From assembly GCA_951406725.2 (NCBI GenBank), contig OX597826.1:7378001-7442000 (forward strand): a stretch of 64,000 nucleotides of DNA. Direction: 5' to 3'. The notes below the pieces were generated by a model. It saw only the letters and a list, made by a program, of their open reading frames with translations. It did no database searches and was not told the DNA's origin. Each line of letters begins with the position of its first letter. The first letter of the stretch is position 1. Shown piece by piece: positions 51,971 through 63,802 of this stretch. A program made the position numbers and the translations under genes. The DNA comes from Octopus vulgaris. Lineage: Eukaryota.

Positions 51971-53118
51971 CCTAAATTTATTCATAATTTATACAGCATC
52001 AATGGTTTGTATGGTTGTCCATTATGCACAAAGTGTCTATAAAATACTTTCCTTTCTATTTTATTTTCGTTCGTCGTTCTTATGTAATCTTTAATATTTA
52101 TACTTTTTCCATTAACATGCATATGGTTGAAATATTGATGTGGTGCGGATGTACTTTGCACTTACGGTAACGTGTATATCCAAATTTAGCTCGTGCGGAC
52201 GTCCACACGCCACACATATGACTGCTTTACGTATATAGCATTATTGCTTTATTGTGGAGGCGCAATGGCCCAGTGGTTAGGGCAGCGGACTCGCGGTCAT
52301 AGGATCGCGGTTTCGATTCCCAGACCGGGCGTTGTGAGTGTTTATTGAGCGAAAACACCTAAAGCTCCACGAGGCTCCAGCAGGGTGGGGGGTGATTCCT
52401 GCTGTACTCTTTCGCCACAACTTTCTCTCACTCTTACTTCCTGTTTCTGTTGTACTCTCTGTGTCACGCTGAATATTCCCGAGAACTACGTTAAGGGTAC
52501 ACGTGTCTGTGGAGTGTTCAGCCACTTACACGTTAATTTCACGAGCAGGCTGTTCCGTTGATTCGGATCAACCGAAACCCTCGTCGTCGAAACCGACGGA
52601 GTGCTTCCATCCATTGCTTTATTATGTGTTCGCTAAACGTGTAAGGTTTCAGTTTGTAGCTCTGCTTTCAATGTCTGCATGCGTGAAACTTCGTACATAT
52701 TTGTCCGTTTCTGAGCTTGGAAAATTCACGTCTGTTCTAGGTGTATAACACCTGTCAGCAAACTATTTGCAATAGTTCTTCTGTATATTACTATGCGTAG
52801 AAATGTATATAAATATTTACCAACTTCTTGCTACCTTCTTCTCTTGATAATCTACAAGCTCCCATTGCTGCCTTACTAGCAATAAAGTTATTAGAGAAAT
52901 CCCTGCTTACATTCTCGCTCTTTATCTCTCATCGTGTGTTATTTTACCTGCACACAAGACACCTCTCTCAATTCCAAATCTTATCACACTTTCCTCAACT
53001 CTTACACACTCAAGCAAGTACAATACCAAAATTATTATTTCTTGTCATTCTTCACGAGATCCACGTTCTAAAGGACTATTCTCGAAGTAAGACATTTCTT
53101 TCATTCGGTGGAAACGCT
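51225..53118. repeat. About 280-bp near-identical direct repeat pair (51225-51502 and 52840-53118)
   Basis: TCTCTTGATAATCTACAAGCTCCCATTGCTGCC...TTTCATTCG(T/G)TGGAAACGCT present twice with few mismatches. Confidence 0.93.
52254..52612 (+). mobile_element. SINE family C (head H1 + tail T2) with an 11-bp TSD
   Basis: ATTGCTTTATT at 52243-52253 and 52613-52623. Head matches the 41330-41627 copy and tail matches the 44497-44822 copy. Confidence 0.92.
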
Positions 53119-53447
53119 TCTCCCAAAGGCACACAGGCTTAAGAAAACTTGCACATTACAAACAAATAAAATATTTACGGAAAAAAGCCTACCATTAATC
53201 ATCCTGAATTATTATTTTCTTTCTTCCACCAAACAGAAATGAAGGGCAAAAGAAACACTCACATGCATGCATACATATATGAATGTGTGTGTGTGTGTGT
53301 GTGCGTGTGTGTGTGTATGTGTGCGAGCGTGTGTGTGTATTTATATATACATACATATATATGTATCTATATATATATATGTATACATATCTATTTATAA
53401 ATATATATATATGTATATATGTGTATATGTATATAGGTATATGTATA

Positions 53448-53495
<48 letters not shown>

Positions 53496-53542
53496 TATAA
53501 TGTGCGTGTGCGTGTGTATGTATTGTATGTATGTGTTTATGA

Positions 53543-53586
<44 letters not shown>

Positions 53587-54075
53587 ATTTAGTCTGTGAA
53601 AAAATGAGATAATCACTATGACTTGAATGGTTTTGATCAGAAGTCTGCCCAATCAGAAATGATCTAAGACTAATGACTAAGAACAACTACGCTACAATGG
53701 TCTCTCCACACCTTGAGTTTCTTACACATTATGCTCTCTCCCATTTACTGCTAATTGATACCCTTTGTTTGTCTTTCGGCGGAACAACAATTTCTAAATT
53801 ATATATTATATATCAGGCAAGTCTAGGAGCGGTGTGGACAATTCTGTATCTTAAAAATACGTTACCTGAAATGTGGTATCTATTTTACTGTTTCTAAATA
53901 TTGGAGTTCAGCATTTGAAATTAAGCGTTCATCCTCCTAAGTATATTTTTCATTCATGCCCGCCTTTTGTCGAAAGGTAAGAAAGAAGGAAGCTGCTCAC
54001 CGTTCCCCGGTTATTGTATATTTTGATAATGCGTGATATCATACCAGTGACCTCTACAATATTAAGTAGGACTTA

Positions 54076-54650
54076 AGGCGTTGAGCTGGCAGAAACGTTA
54101 GCATGCCGGGCGAAATGCTTAGCACTATTTCCTCTGCCTTTACGTTCTGAGTTCAAATTCCGCCGAGGTCGACATTGCCTTTCATCCTTTCGGGGTCGAT
54201 AAATTAAGTACCAGTTACGCACTGGTGTCGATGTAATCGACTTAATACGCTTATCTGTCCTTGTTTGTCTTCTCTGTATTTAGCCCCTTGTGGGTAGTAA
54301 AGAAATAGGTATTTCGTCTGCCGTTATGTTGTAACTTCAAATTCCGCTGAGGTCGACTTTGCCTTTCATCCTTTCGGGGTCGATAAATTAAATGCCTGTT
54401 ACGCACTGGGGTCGATATAATCGACTTTGTCTGTCCTTGTTTGTCCTCCTGTGTTTAGCCCCTTGTGGGTAGTAAAGAAATAGGTATTTCGTCTGATTTT
54501 ACGTTCTGAGTTCAAATTCCGCCGAGGTCGACTTTGCCTTTCTTTCTTTCAGGATCGATAAATTAAGTACCAGTTGCATTCTGGAGTAGGTTTAATCGAC
54601 TGGCCCCCTCCCCCAAAACTTCTGGGCTTGTGCCTAGAGAAGAAAAGAAT
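54076..54650 (+). mobile_element. SINE family A trimer
   Basis: Head at 54076 and two restarts at GTAAAGAAATAGGTATTTCGTCTG (about 54297 and 54472). The last unit ends CCCCTCCCCCAAAACTTCTGGGCTTGTGCCTAGAAG. Imperfect flanking repeat ATTAAGTAGGACTTA / AATGAGTAGAACTTA. Confidence 0.9.
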
Positions 54651-54927
54651 AATGAGTAGAACTTATGTTAACCGTTTATTCTAAATTTTGATTAATACTA
54701 CATAAATTATAATTATCTACATGTGGCAGTAATCCAAATTGATTTGTGTCAACACTATCGCCACAAGGGAGGTGTTTTTAATAAATTATAGAACATTAGT
54801 TTAACTCAGAAATAACTATTGCTATGAGACACTAATGTCAGATGTAATCTCTTCTCATCACATATTTTATCCGTTTATATTCCCACCATCTCATACATAA
54901 AGATGCTGATTCTTATCCGCTCTCATT

Positions 54928-55021
<94 letters not shown>

Positions 55022-55029
55022 AATTAATA

Positions 55030-55363
55030 ATTAAAAGGGTAAAATTTATCAATTAAATTAATTAATCAATCAATCAATCAATTAATGATCTTACCAAGTA
55101 GATCGGTACGTTAAAATAACCTTTATAGGTAAGATTATACAAATATTTTATAATTATAAGCATAATTATAATTGGAGTTCAGCTAATTGCTTCACCACAT
55201 TCCGAATTTAGAAATAGCAGTTAAAAATTCCTTTTCTGCTACTGTAAGAATCTCCATGACAGTAACATACTACACTGAAGAGAGAAGTAAGTAAATATTT
55301 TAATCTCGAAACGCGTATGTAGTTAAGCAATTAGCTGGACCCTGATTATAATTATAAAATATT

Positions 55364-55365
<2 letters not shown>
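55030..55365 (+). mobile_element. Non-coding repeat with an internal inverted repeat enclosing a hammerhead ribozyme (Penelope-derived or retrozyme-like)
   Basis: A second partial copy lies at 4035-4248. Segment 55140-55199 (CAAATATTTTATAATTATAA...TTCAGCTAATTGCTTCACCACA) is an imperfect inverted repeat of 55318-55365 (TGTAGTTAAGCAATTAGCTGG...TTATAATTATAAAATATTTG). Flanked by (GA)n and (TA)n. Confidence 0.65.
55269..55323 (+). ncRNA. Minimal type I hammerhead ribozyme
   Basis: Stem I ACTACA/TGTAGT, core CTGAAGA, stem II GAGA/TCTC, GAAA, short palindromic stem III ACGCGT, and cleavage triplet GTA (cut predicted after 55317). Confidence 0.8.
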
Positions 55366-55419
<54 letters not shown>

Positions 55420-55420
<1 letters not shown>

Positions 55421-56248
55421 GAGGGAGAGTCAAATATTTTATTTAAACATTTTATTTTTCAAAATATTTACACAAAAGCAGGGGATAAACAAGTACGTAA
55501 TTTTTCTCTCCCACCTTTTTGATGCACTTGGTCCAGCGGTTCACAAGCTTGCATATTCCCTCCAGGAAGAAGGTCTTCGGTTGGTCTTGCAACCATTTAT
55601 GCACCGCTTACTTCACATCTTCATCCGTAGGAAATCGACGACCTCGTAAACAATCTTTGAACAGTCTAAAGATATGATAGTCGGAAGAGGTGAGATCTAG
55701 ACTGTAGGCAGTCAGTTTCAGCACCTCAAACCCCAATTGGTTAATGGTTTCAAAGGTCTGGGCGGCTGTGTGTGGACGTGCACTCTCATGCAACAACAAA
55801 ACTTCCTTCGGCAAAAGACTTCGGCGTTTGGTGCGAATTACTGGCTTCAGGTTGTTGGCCAACAAATCACTGTACCTTGCACTGTTTATCGTACACTCCT
55901 TAACCAGGCAGTCTTCCAGTATAAGCCCAAAAAAGTCCCAAAAGAGGATTAGCATCACCTTTCCCTTGGAAGACTAAGACTTGGACTACTTCGATGCTGG
56001 GGAGCTAGGATGTTTCCACCCCATACTCTGTATTTTGTATTCTGCCTCATAATAATGCACCCACATTTCATCTCCTTTGGTGCACATTTTTAGTGGAGCA
56101 ATCATGCTTACGCTGTAATGCGAGAAAGAACAATAGCGTGATCATGTTCAAACTTCGATCACGTGATCACAATAATAAACAATAAACACTCATGCGCAAA
56201 TGGCAGATATGCTACGGTGAAATTGCGGATAACATTTGACTCACCCTC

Positions 56249-56249
<1 letters not shown>
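55420..56249 (-). mobile_element. Internally deleted mariner (DD34D) transposon with a pseudogenised transposase
   Basis: TIRs TA|CGAGGGAGAGTCAAAT and ATTTGACTCACCCTCG|TA within (TA)n. Minus-strand motifs GDEMWVHYYE, GKVMLILFWD, LLLHESARPH, YSLDLTSSDYHIF and GICKLVNRWTKCI, with in-frame stops and no N-terminal domain. Confidence 0.93.
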
Positions 56250-56301
<52 letters not shown>

Positions 56302-56302
<1 letters not shown>

Positions 56303-56490
56303 GAGGGCATGCTGAAAATTTCCTGACTTTGGGTAAAGGATCAGTTAATTTTTATTTTATTCAACATAAACTCTTTCAGATTCACACACTTATTGCAGCA
56401 GTCCTTCAGTTTTTCTAAGCCCTGTAAAAGAAATCTGGAGTTCGCGTTAACTTTTCGCGTTAACGATACAACAAGGAACTTTTCAGTCTC

Positions 56491-56494
<4 letters not shown>
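56302..56494. mobile_element. Mariner-type MITE in (TA)n
   Basis: Imperfect TIRs TACGAGGGCATGCTGAAAATTTCCT and AGGAACTTTTCAGTCTCCCTTATA. Confidence 0.7.
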
Positions 56495-56558
<64 letters not shown>

Positions 56559-57670
56559 TTACCTCTCTCTCTCTCTCTCATCTTGTTAATATCTTTTGAA
56601 TGTCGTTTCATTAACTTATGTTACATAAAGTTAAATTCAGAACAAGCCTTTAATTTTGTTGAATCATTAAATCATGGTACAAAACGAATAATATCAATTA
56701 TCATTATTAAGAAGTCGGCGTTGTATGAAGTTACATTCCGTTTTCTGTCTCATGTACGCATTTATTATTTAAAACAAACGGCAGGAGATTTTTTTAAACA
56801 GTGATCACTCTCATCTAAATAAAACTAGCGCTGTGGATTAGAACAAACGCTTCACCCTCGGAACAATGCGTTCCCTTATTTGTTCCGGTTTTTTACTTTT
56901 TCATTCAAATTACATTGACCTCATCTCTACCATTCATTATCCCAGCATCGATAAAATTATGTGCCAGTCTAGTGGCCGTCTGCCTCGCACCTACAAATTG
57001 CAGAACTTTGTCTGTTATACAAATTATTATTTTAGGCAATTCGCTTCATATTTAAGGCGCTAAAATTTTAAATATTGTAGAAACAGTCAACATACTTATA
57101 AAGATACATTTGTAATAAATTGTTGTACTTATAGTAAAATTACGTACATCCTTACCAAAATTTATATAGTAAAGATTTGTATTGAAATTTATAAATACGG
57201 AGGCCAAAGGATTGCTCTCTGTTTAAGAATCGACATTGAAAACTGACTAGAATTCCATTCATTATGAATAACTTACGTTACTCTCAAGTTATAAAGAGAT
57301 CAACTACAAGACATATGCATAAAAACATGTTTGACAATATCAACAAGGGGATGCGAAAAAAGCCCAGATTCTTTTGGTGATGGGGGACAATTTTTTGACA
57401 GTTGGTTCAGCAGTATCGATTATAAGCAATTATTAACAATTATTTCTAACTCGTGAAACGAAAATATTAGAGCTCCTCTTTTCTTCTGCAGTAGGATATA
57501 TCAATGCACATGACAGCCTGTATGCATACGTATGTATGGGTGTAACAATGCTATTACGAACAAATACAAATGATTCTAAACCGGTATTATGGTAAATATT
57601 CCGTCGCTGATAAATTTTTCGGATTACACATTTTGAATAAGATCACGACTTATTTGTGCATTTGTTATGC

Positions 57671-57730
<60 letters not shown>

Positions 57731-57832
57731 CGTCCTCGCGTTGTTGTGTTTTCCCTTTGTGTTTTCATGTTTAGATTAACTTTATATATATGTATATATG
57801 TATATTTATGTATATACATTCAATATTTTTAT

Positions 57833-58023
57833 TTCGAACTTGCTTAAATCTTTGGACTGCAACTATATTTGGGTACCTCTTTGAAAGGTTTAGTTGAACA
57901 GGTTCATTCGCAGTATATATTTTTGGGTATTTATTCTGTCACGACATTATCGCCGAACTGGAAGGTAAAGAAACCGGTGGGTTTAAAACAATGTCAGCAT
58001 ACAGACAACTTCCACCCCGCCTC

Positions 58024-58071
<48 letters not shown>

Positions 58072-58274
58072 ATGTGTGTGTGTCTGTGTGTGTGTGTGCG
58101 TGTGTATGTATGTAACGCATACATGCATTCAGAAGGCATTGGTCAGCCTGGGGTTCACATTTGCCAATCCAAGATGCCTCGCAGTGGAACAGGAGTGCAT
58201 GCTAGCTTGTTACTACGCAATCACACTGTTGACTATTGATATATGTATGTATATATATATATATATATATATTT

Positions 58275-58330
<56 letters not shown>

Positions 58331-58517
58331 ATGTGTGTGTGTGTGTATGTATGTATATTCATGTATATACATTTTATAATTTTAGTTCGAACTTGCTTAA
58401 ATCTTTGGACTGCAACTATATTTGGGTACCTCTTTGAAAGGTTTAGTTGAACAGGTCCATTCCCAGTACATATTTTTGGGTATTTATTCTGTCACGACCT
58501 TATCGCCGAACTGGAAG
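57833..58517. repeat. About 132-bp direct repeat pair (57833-57964 and 58386-58517), probably a locally duplicated old SINE-B-like fragment
   Basis: TTCGAACTTGCTTAAATCTTTGGACTGCAACTATATTTGGGTACC...ATCGCCGAACTGGAAG occurs twice with few mismatches. Confidence 0.9.
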
Positions 58518-58594
58518 CTATATGTAAATATATATTTATATATATATATATATATAAATATATATTTACATATATATATATATATATATATATT

Positions 58595-58632
<38 letters not shown>

Positions 58633-58772
58633 CAAATAACAAAGTTGAATTGTGGGTATCGCACGAGTGGAATTATATACGAAAGAAGGTTTGAAAATGC
58701 AATTTAAAAGATGTTTATTTACTTAACCGGTGTCACTCTTTGGAAAAAGATTGTCAAAAGTAACATTGAATA

Positions 58773-59132
58773 TTATGAATTCAAAAAAGTTTTTTACATA
58801 ATTGCCACATTGAATATTATGAATTCAAAAAAGTTTTTTTACATAATTGTCACATTACATGTATAAATATAGTGTTTGGTAACAGAGATATTTTAAGGGC
58901 ATAAAGAAGTTCAACAGTGTGATGAGAATATTTGGAAAAATTGGCAGAAAAGAATAAAACAAATATATTATTGGAAATTTGGTTGCGTTAATTATTGGTT
59001 GTTGCAAATTGTCACATTACATGTATATATATACAGTCTTTGGTAGAAAGGACATGTTTAAGACATAAGGAAGTGCAATAGTATGGTGAGAAAATTTGTA
59101 ATATTGACAGAAAAAATTAAAATGAATATTTT
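58773..59132. repeat. Nested local duplications (about 35-bp tandem pair plus a diverged pair with about 160-bp period)
   Basis: ACATTGAATATTATGAATTCAAAAAAGTTTTTTACATAATTG occurs twice; AATTGTCACATTACATGTATA occurs at about 58845 and 59007. Confidence 0.75.
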
Positions 59133-59444
59133 ATACATATATATATATGTGTGTGTGTGTGTGTAAATATGCACTCTTTTAACGGTTTCAGTCACCGACC
59201 ATGCTGGAGCACCACCTTCATTTTATTATTATTTTTATTTGGGTTTTGTTGTTGCTTGTAGTTCCTGATCTCCCCTGAGTCTACCCTTAAATGTTTGGTT
59301 GTTCCGGTATAGTCGTTAGGTAATCCACACACACACACATACATATATGCATACCCATGTGCATACATACACACATACACACTCACATTCATACATACAT
59401 GCATGAACACGCACATGCATACATATATACATACATACATAATA

Positions 59445-59850
59445 GGCGTAGGAATGGCTGTGTGGTAAGTAGCTTGTTTACCAACCACATGTTCCCGGTT
59501 TCAGTCCCACTGCGTGGCACCTTGGGCAAGTGTCTTCTACTATAGCCTCGGGCCGACCAAAGCCTTGTGAGTGGATTTGGTAGACGGAAACTGAAAGAAA
59601 CCCGTTGTATATATGTATATATATGTATGTGTGTGTATATATGTTTGTGTGTCTGTGTTTGTCCCCCCAACATCACTTGACAACCGATGCTGGTGTGTTT
59701 ACGTCACCGTAACCTAGCGGTTCGGCAAGAGGCCGATAGAATAAGTACTAGGCTTACAAAGAATAAGTCCTGGGGTCGATTCGCTCGACTAAAGGCGGTG
59801 CTCCAGCATGGCCACAGTCAAATGACTAAAACTAGTAAAAGAGTAAAAGA
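59445..59850 (+). mobile_element. SINE family B, full length
   Basis: GGCGTAGGAATGGCTGTGTGGTAAGTAGCTTG...GTAAAAGAGTAAAAGAG; closely matches 3537-3950. Confidence 0.92.
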
Positions 59851-59866
59851 GTATAATACATATACA

Positions 59867-59898
<32 letters not shown>

Positions 59899-60474
59899 AT
59901 AATATTTACTACGCTGAATCAATTCATCCGGACTTCATTTTTTTCTCTATGAAGTATTCAAATACAATTGTAGATACTTATAGTCTACACATATGTGTGC
60001 GTATCATTGAGCATGCGTGTGCCTTTTCTTTCTTTTTTGTTTTATTTTTCTACTTTTGCGTATGGATTACATTTCACTCATGTGTACTATAGATGCGTAT
60101 TTCACATTGTGTTTGTTAAACGCTGCTATCGTGCTAAATAATAGTCCACATCATCTGCTATATTATAGAAATGTCCGCACACTAATACAAGACGAGCACC
60201 ATTCAAATTCTTTGATGGTAACTTGAAAAAGAAGACGCACAAAAGCTAATAGGGTACATATTTTCTTGACAGAGATGAGCTGAAATATTCCGCGGCTGCT
60301 GAGGGCTACAGATGTATTGATGTATATGCTAATGTTTGTATGTGTATATATATAAAGATAGAGCGGAGAGAGAATGTGTGAAAAATTCAAATAGATAGGT
60401 TCAGAGATAAATAGACAGATATACATATGTATACATGAAGAATGAATACACAGAAATATACTAGTTTTCATCTA

Positions 60475-60545
60475 ATATACGTGTATATAGATATATGTGT
60501 GTCTGTATGAGTGCATGTATACATATATGTGTGTGTGTATGTATA

Positions 60546-60601
<56 letters not shown>

Positions 60602-60656
60602 TATACATATATGCGTATGTATGCATGTATTTACGTATATATTGTATGTATATAAA

Positions 60657-60697
<41 letters not shown>

Positions 60698-60706
60698 AAT
60701 ACATGC

Positions 60707-60744
<38 letters not shown>

Positions 60745-60886
60745 GCATATACATATATATACATATATACTTGCATACATACATACGTATATATGTATAT
60801 GTGTATGTATATATATATATATATATATATACGTATATATATATAATATATACATATATACTTGCATACATACGTATATATGTGTG

Positions 60887-60917
<31 letters not shown>

Positions 60918-61416
60918 GCATATATATATATACGCATGTATGCATGTATATATGTATATATTATAAATATGTATGTATGTATATATATATATATATATAT
61001 ATATACAAACATATATATACACACAAATATATACATTTCTACATACATACCTGCGTACATAACTACGTACACACATTTATTACGAACATAATGAATACAT
61101 ATATATACATACAAAATTATGCGTGCATGTGTATGGGTATTTATATGATATCGTGGGTGATGTTTACGTATGTGCATAAATGAAAGTGCATAACCCCCCC
61201 TCTCTCTCTCATTCTCCTCTTCTTTTTCTCCTCCTCTTTCCTGTTCACCCCTTCTGCATGTAGATCCGTCTGTGTGTATATGTGTGTGCGTGTACATAGC
61301 TGTGTGTATATGTGCGCTTATAAGTGCGTGCATTTCTGTATAATGCATATTGGCGTATGTAGTATATGTATGCGACAATATTTGCGCATGTGTGTGTGTG
61401 TGCGAACGCGCCTGCA

Positions 61417-61486
<70 letters not shown>

Positions 61487-61505
61487 TGTGTGTGTGTGAT
61501 TGTGT
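60475..61505. repeat. About 1-kb (TA)n/(CA)n/(TG)n low-complexity field
   Basis: Directly visible; source of the 363-aa pseudo-ORF. Confidence 0.95.
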
Positions 61506-62102
61506 GTAAGCGTGTTCTCTTGAAAGGAAACCGCTGCACGCAAGATAAACAAACAAACAAATTATGTAAACAACATAATAAATACATAAATGAAAAATAA
61601 AGAGTAATAAAGAAAGAAAGAAAGAAAGGAAAAACCAACAAACAAGATGAGTGTGTTGTGGTCGGTGATGGTGGCGGCGGTGAGGCTGGTGGGGCCGGTG
61701 GGGCCGGTGGGGGAGGGGAATAACTTAAAAGCGCGCTTGACATAGTAAACACAAACTAAGTTAATAAGATCAAATACACATGTTTAAAGGATTTTTGGGG
61801 TTCGAAATTAAGTATTAGAGGTTTCATGATTCTTAATGGAACGTTTATGAGAGAATGGGGGAGCGGGTGTGGTGGAGCAGAGGGAGGGAGAGAGAGAGAG
61901 AGAGAGAGAAAGAGAGGGGAGGAAAAGAGAGAGAGAGAGAGGGAGAGAGAAAGAGACGGGAAATGGCAAGGCTGTATATAATGAAAATTTATTTCCGAAT
62001 GTTGACTATAAACTTGGAGAGTGGAAGCTATGATGAAGGAAAAATATACAGAAATGGAAGATGAAGTGAAAGAGTAAGAGACAAGAATGATAGAAAGTGA
62101 CC

Positions 62103-62142
<40 letters not shown>

Positions 62143-63010
62143 AGAAGACAGAAAGAGAGAGAGAGAGAGAGAGAGGAGGAAATATTGAAGGTGGAATGGT
62201 TGTGAAAGTCACTGCGGGTTATGATTGGTCGGAGTATGTGATTATGAGCAAACGTGTAGCATCAATGACCGGTTGAATTTACATGAAGCTTATCAACTTT
62301 CTACATCTAGTAATGCCCTCGGCGGCTTCGGCTTTGGAGTAAAATTAGAAATCCGTTATTTTTTACTTCGTCCATTCGTTTCTGCTTCCATTTTACTTTT
62401 TTTTTTTTTCCCCACTTTTCATAGTTTTGTTTCCTTTTTATTTGCTATTTCGTATGATATTCATTTTTTCATATTTTTATTTACTTTTTAAGCATTACAT
62501 TATACTGTTTGTTATAAAAGTTATATTTCCCTTTTTTTTTTCTTCTACTTCGCAAATTGCCTGTACATCATCGCTTCATTTTAGCATTATTACTATATTT
62601 TTCATTTCGCTTCTGTTTCAAATTTTCTTTGATTTCCACCCCACCCTACCCCGATTTCTCATTGCATTCCATTTCATATTTTACTTCTGCCATCACCGGT
62701 TGTTTTAGTATTAATTCTTCCTCCCATAAAATCCCACTAACAACTTAAACCTCTACTTAAAACTCTTCCTCTACCATTCTCTTTAACAGAAATATCAACA
62801 CTAACGTCTCTAAACCTGCCTCACTAAATAATCAATTACTAACAAGTATTTACCTAACAACTCTGCTACTCGTTTCCTTCGCCCTAAAACTATAGTATTA
62901 AATTCTAACACTCAGTAATATACTACTAATAAATTTTACATTACTGAATTAGTAGCATTAACATATATTTTCTAAAGTACTTCAAGCTACAATATACAAC
63001 TTAAAATAAA

Positions 63011-63802
63011 GCGGCGAGCTGGTAGAAACGTTAGCACGCCGGGCGAAAATGCGTAACCGTATTTCGTCTGCCGCTACGTTCTGAGTTCAAATTCCGCCGA
63101 GGTCGACATTGCCTTTCATCCTTTCGGGGTCGATAAATTAAATACCAGTTACAGGTCGACTTTGCCTTTCATCCTATCGTAATCGAATTAAGTACCAGTT
63201 ACGTACCGAGACCTTCTAATCGACTAGCCCCCACTTGTCAAAATTGTGGACCTTGTGCCAAGAGTAGAAAAGAATATATATAATTTTTTATATAATTAAA
63301 ATGGAATGAAAAAGTAGCTCAGTCGTTCGGATCCTGGATTATGCAATTGATGGTTATAATTAGTAGCACGCCGGACAAAATGCTTATCAGTATTTCGTCC
63401 GACTTTACATTCTGAGTTCAAATTCCACCGAGGTTTACTTTGCTTTTCATCAATTCAGGGTCGATAAAATAAGTATCAGTCGAGATATTGTCGACAAGAC
63501 CCCTATCTCCGAAATTACTGGCCACAATTTGAAGCTAATAATTATTTTTTTCTACTTTCCGAAATTTTGAGGGAGGGGGCCAGTCGATTAGATCGAACAC
63601 AGGACGCAACCGGTGCTTACTTTATCGACCCTGGGTCAATATTGAGAAAAAATGGTTGAAATCAAATTACACCGAGGTTGACTTTACCTTTCATCCTTTC
63701 GGTATCGATAAAATAAGTACCAGGTCAGCACTGGGGTCAATGTAATAATCGACTTAACCATCGCACCCAAATTTCAAGCCTTTCGTCTATAGTAGAAAGG
63801 AT
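63011..63802. mobile_element. SINE family A cluster (63011-63275 with an internal restart, 63360-63540, inverted fragment 63550-63632, 63660-63802)
   Basis: GCGGCGAGCTGGTAGAAACGTTAGCACGCCGGGCG...; AGGTCGAC.TTGCCTTTCATCC is duplicated within the first copy. Confidence 0.85.

Noticed and set aside
52254-52330. tRNA-like sequences (also at 4389, 23234, 44750 and the family A and B heads)
   Set aside because: A/B boxes are present, but they continue into SINE bodies bounded by TSDs and I could not fold a complete cloverleaf; they are SINE heads, not tRNA genes.
51225-53118. Direct repeats as LTRs of an LTR retrotransposon or TRIM
   Set aside because: No TG...CA termini, primer-binding site, polypurine tract or TSD, and the interior is older unrelated sequence.
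55608-55958. Functional mariner transposase or SETMAR-like gene
   Set aside because: In-frame stops on both sides, altered catalytic motif (HESARPH) and missing DNA-binding N-terminus.
60461-61552. Longest ORF (363 aa) and the many similar YI/HT/CV-repeat ORFs
   Set aside because: Open only because TA/CA/TG dinucleotide repeats lack stop codons; there is no domain content and several frames are open at once.
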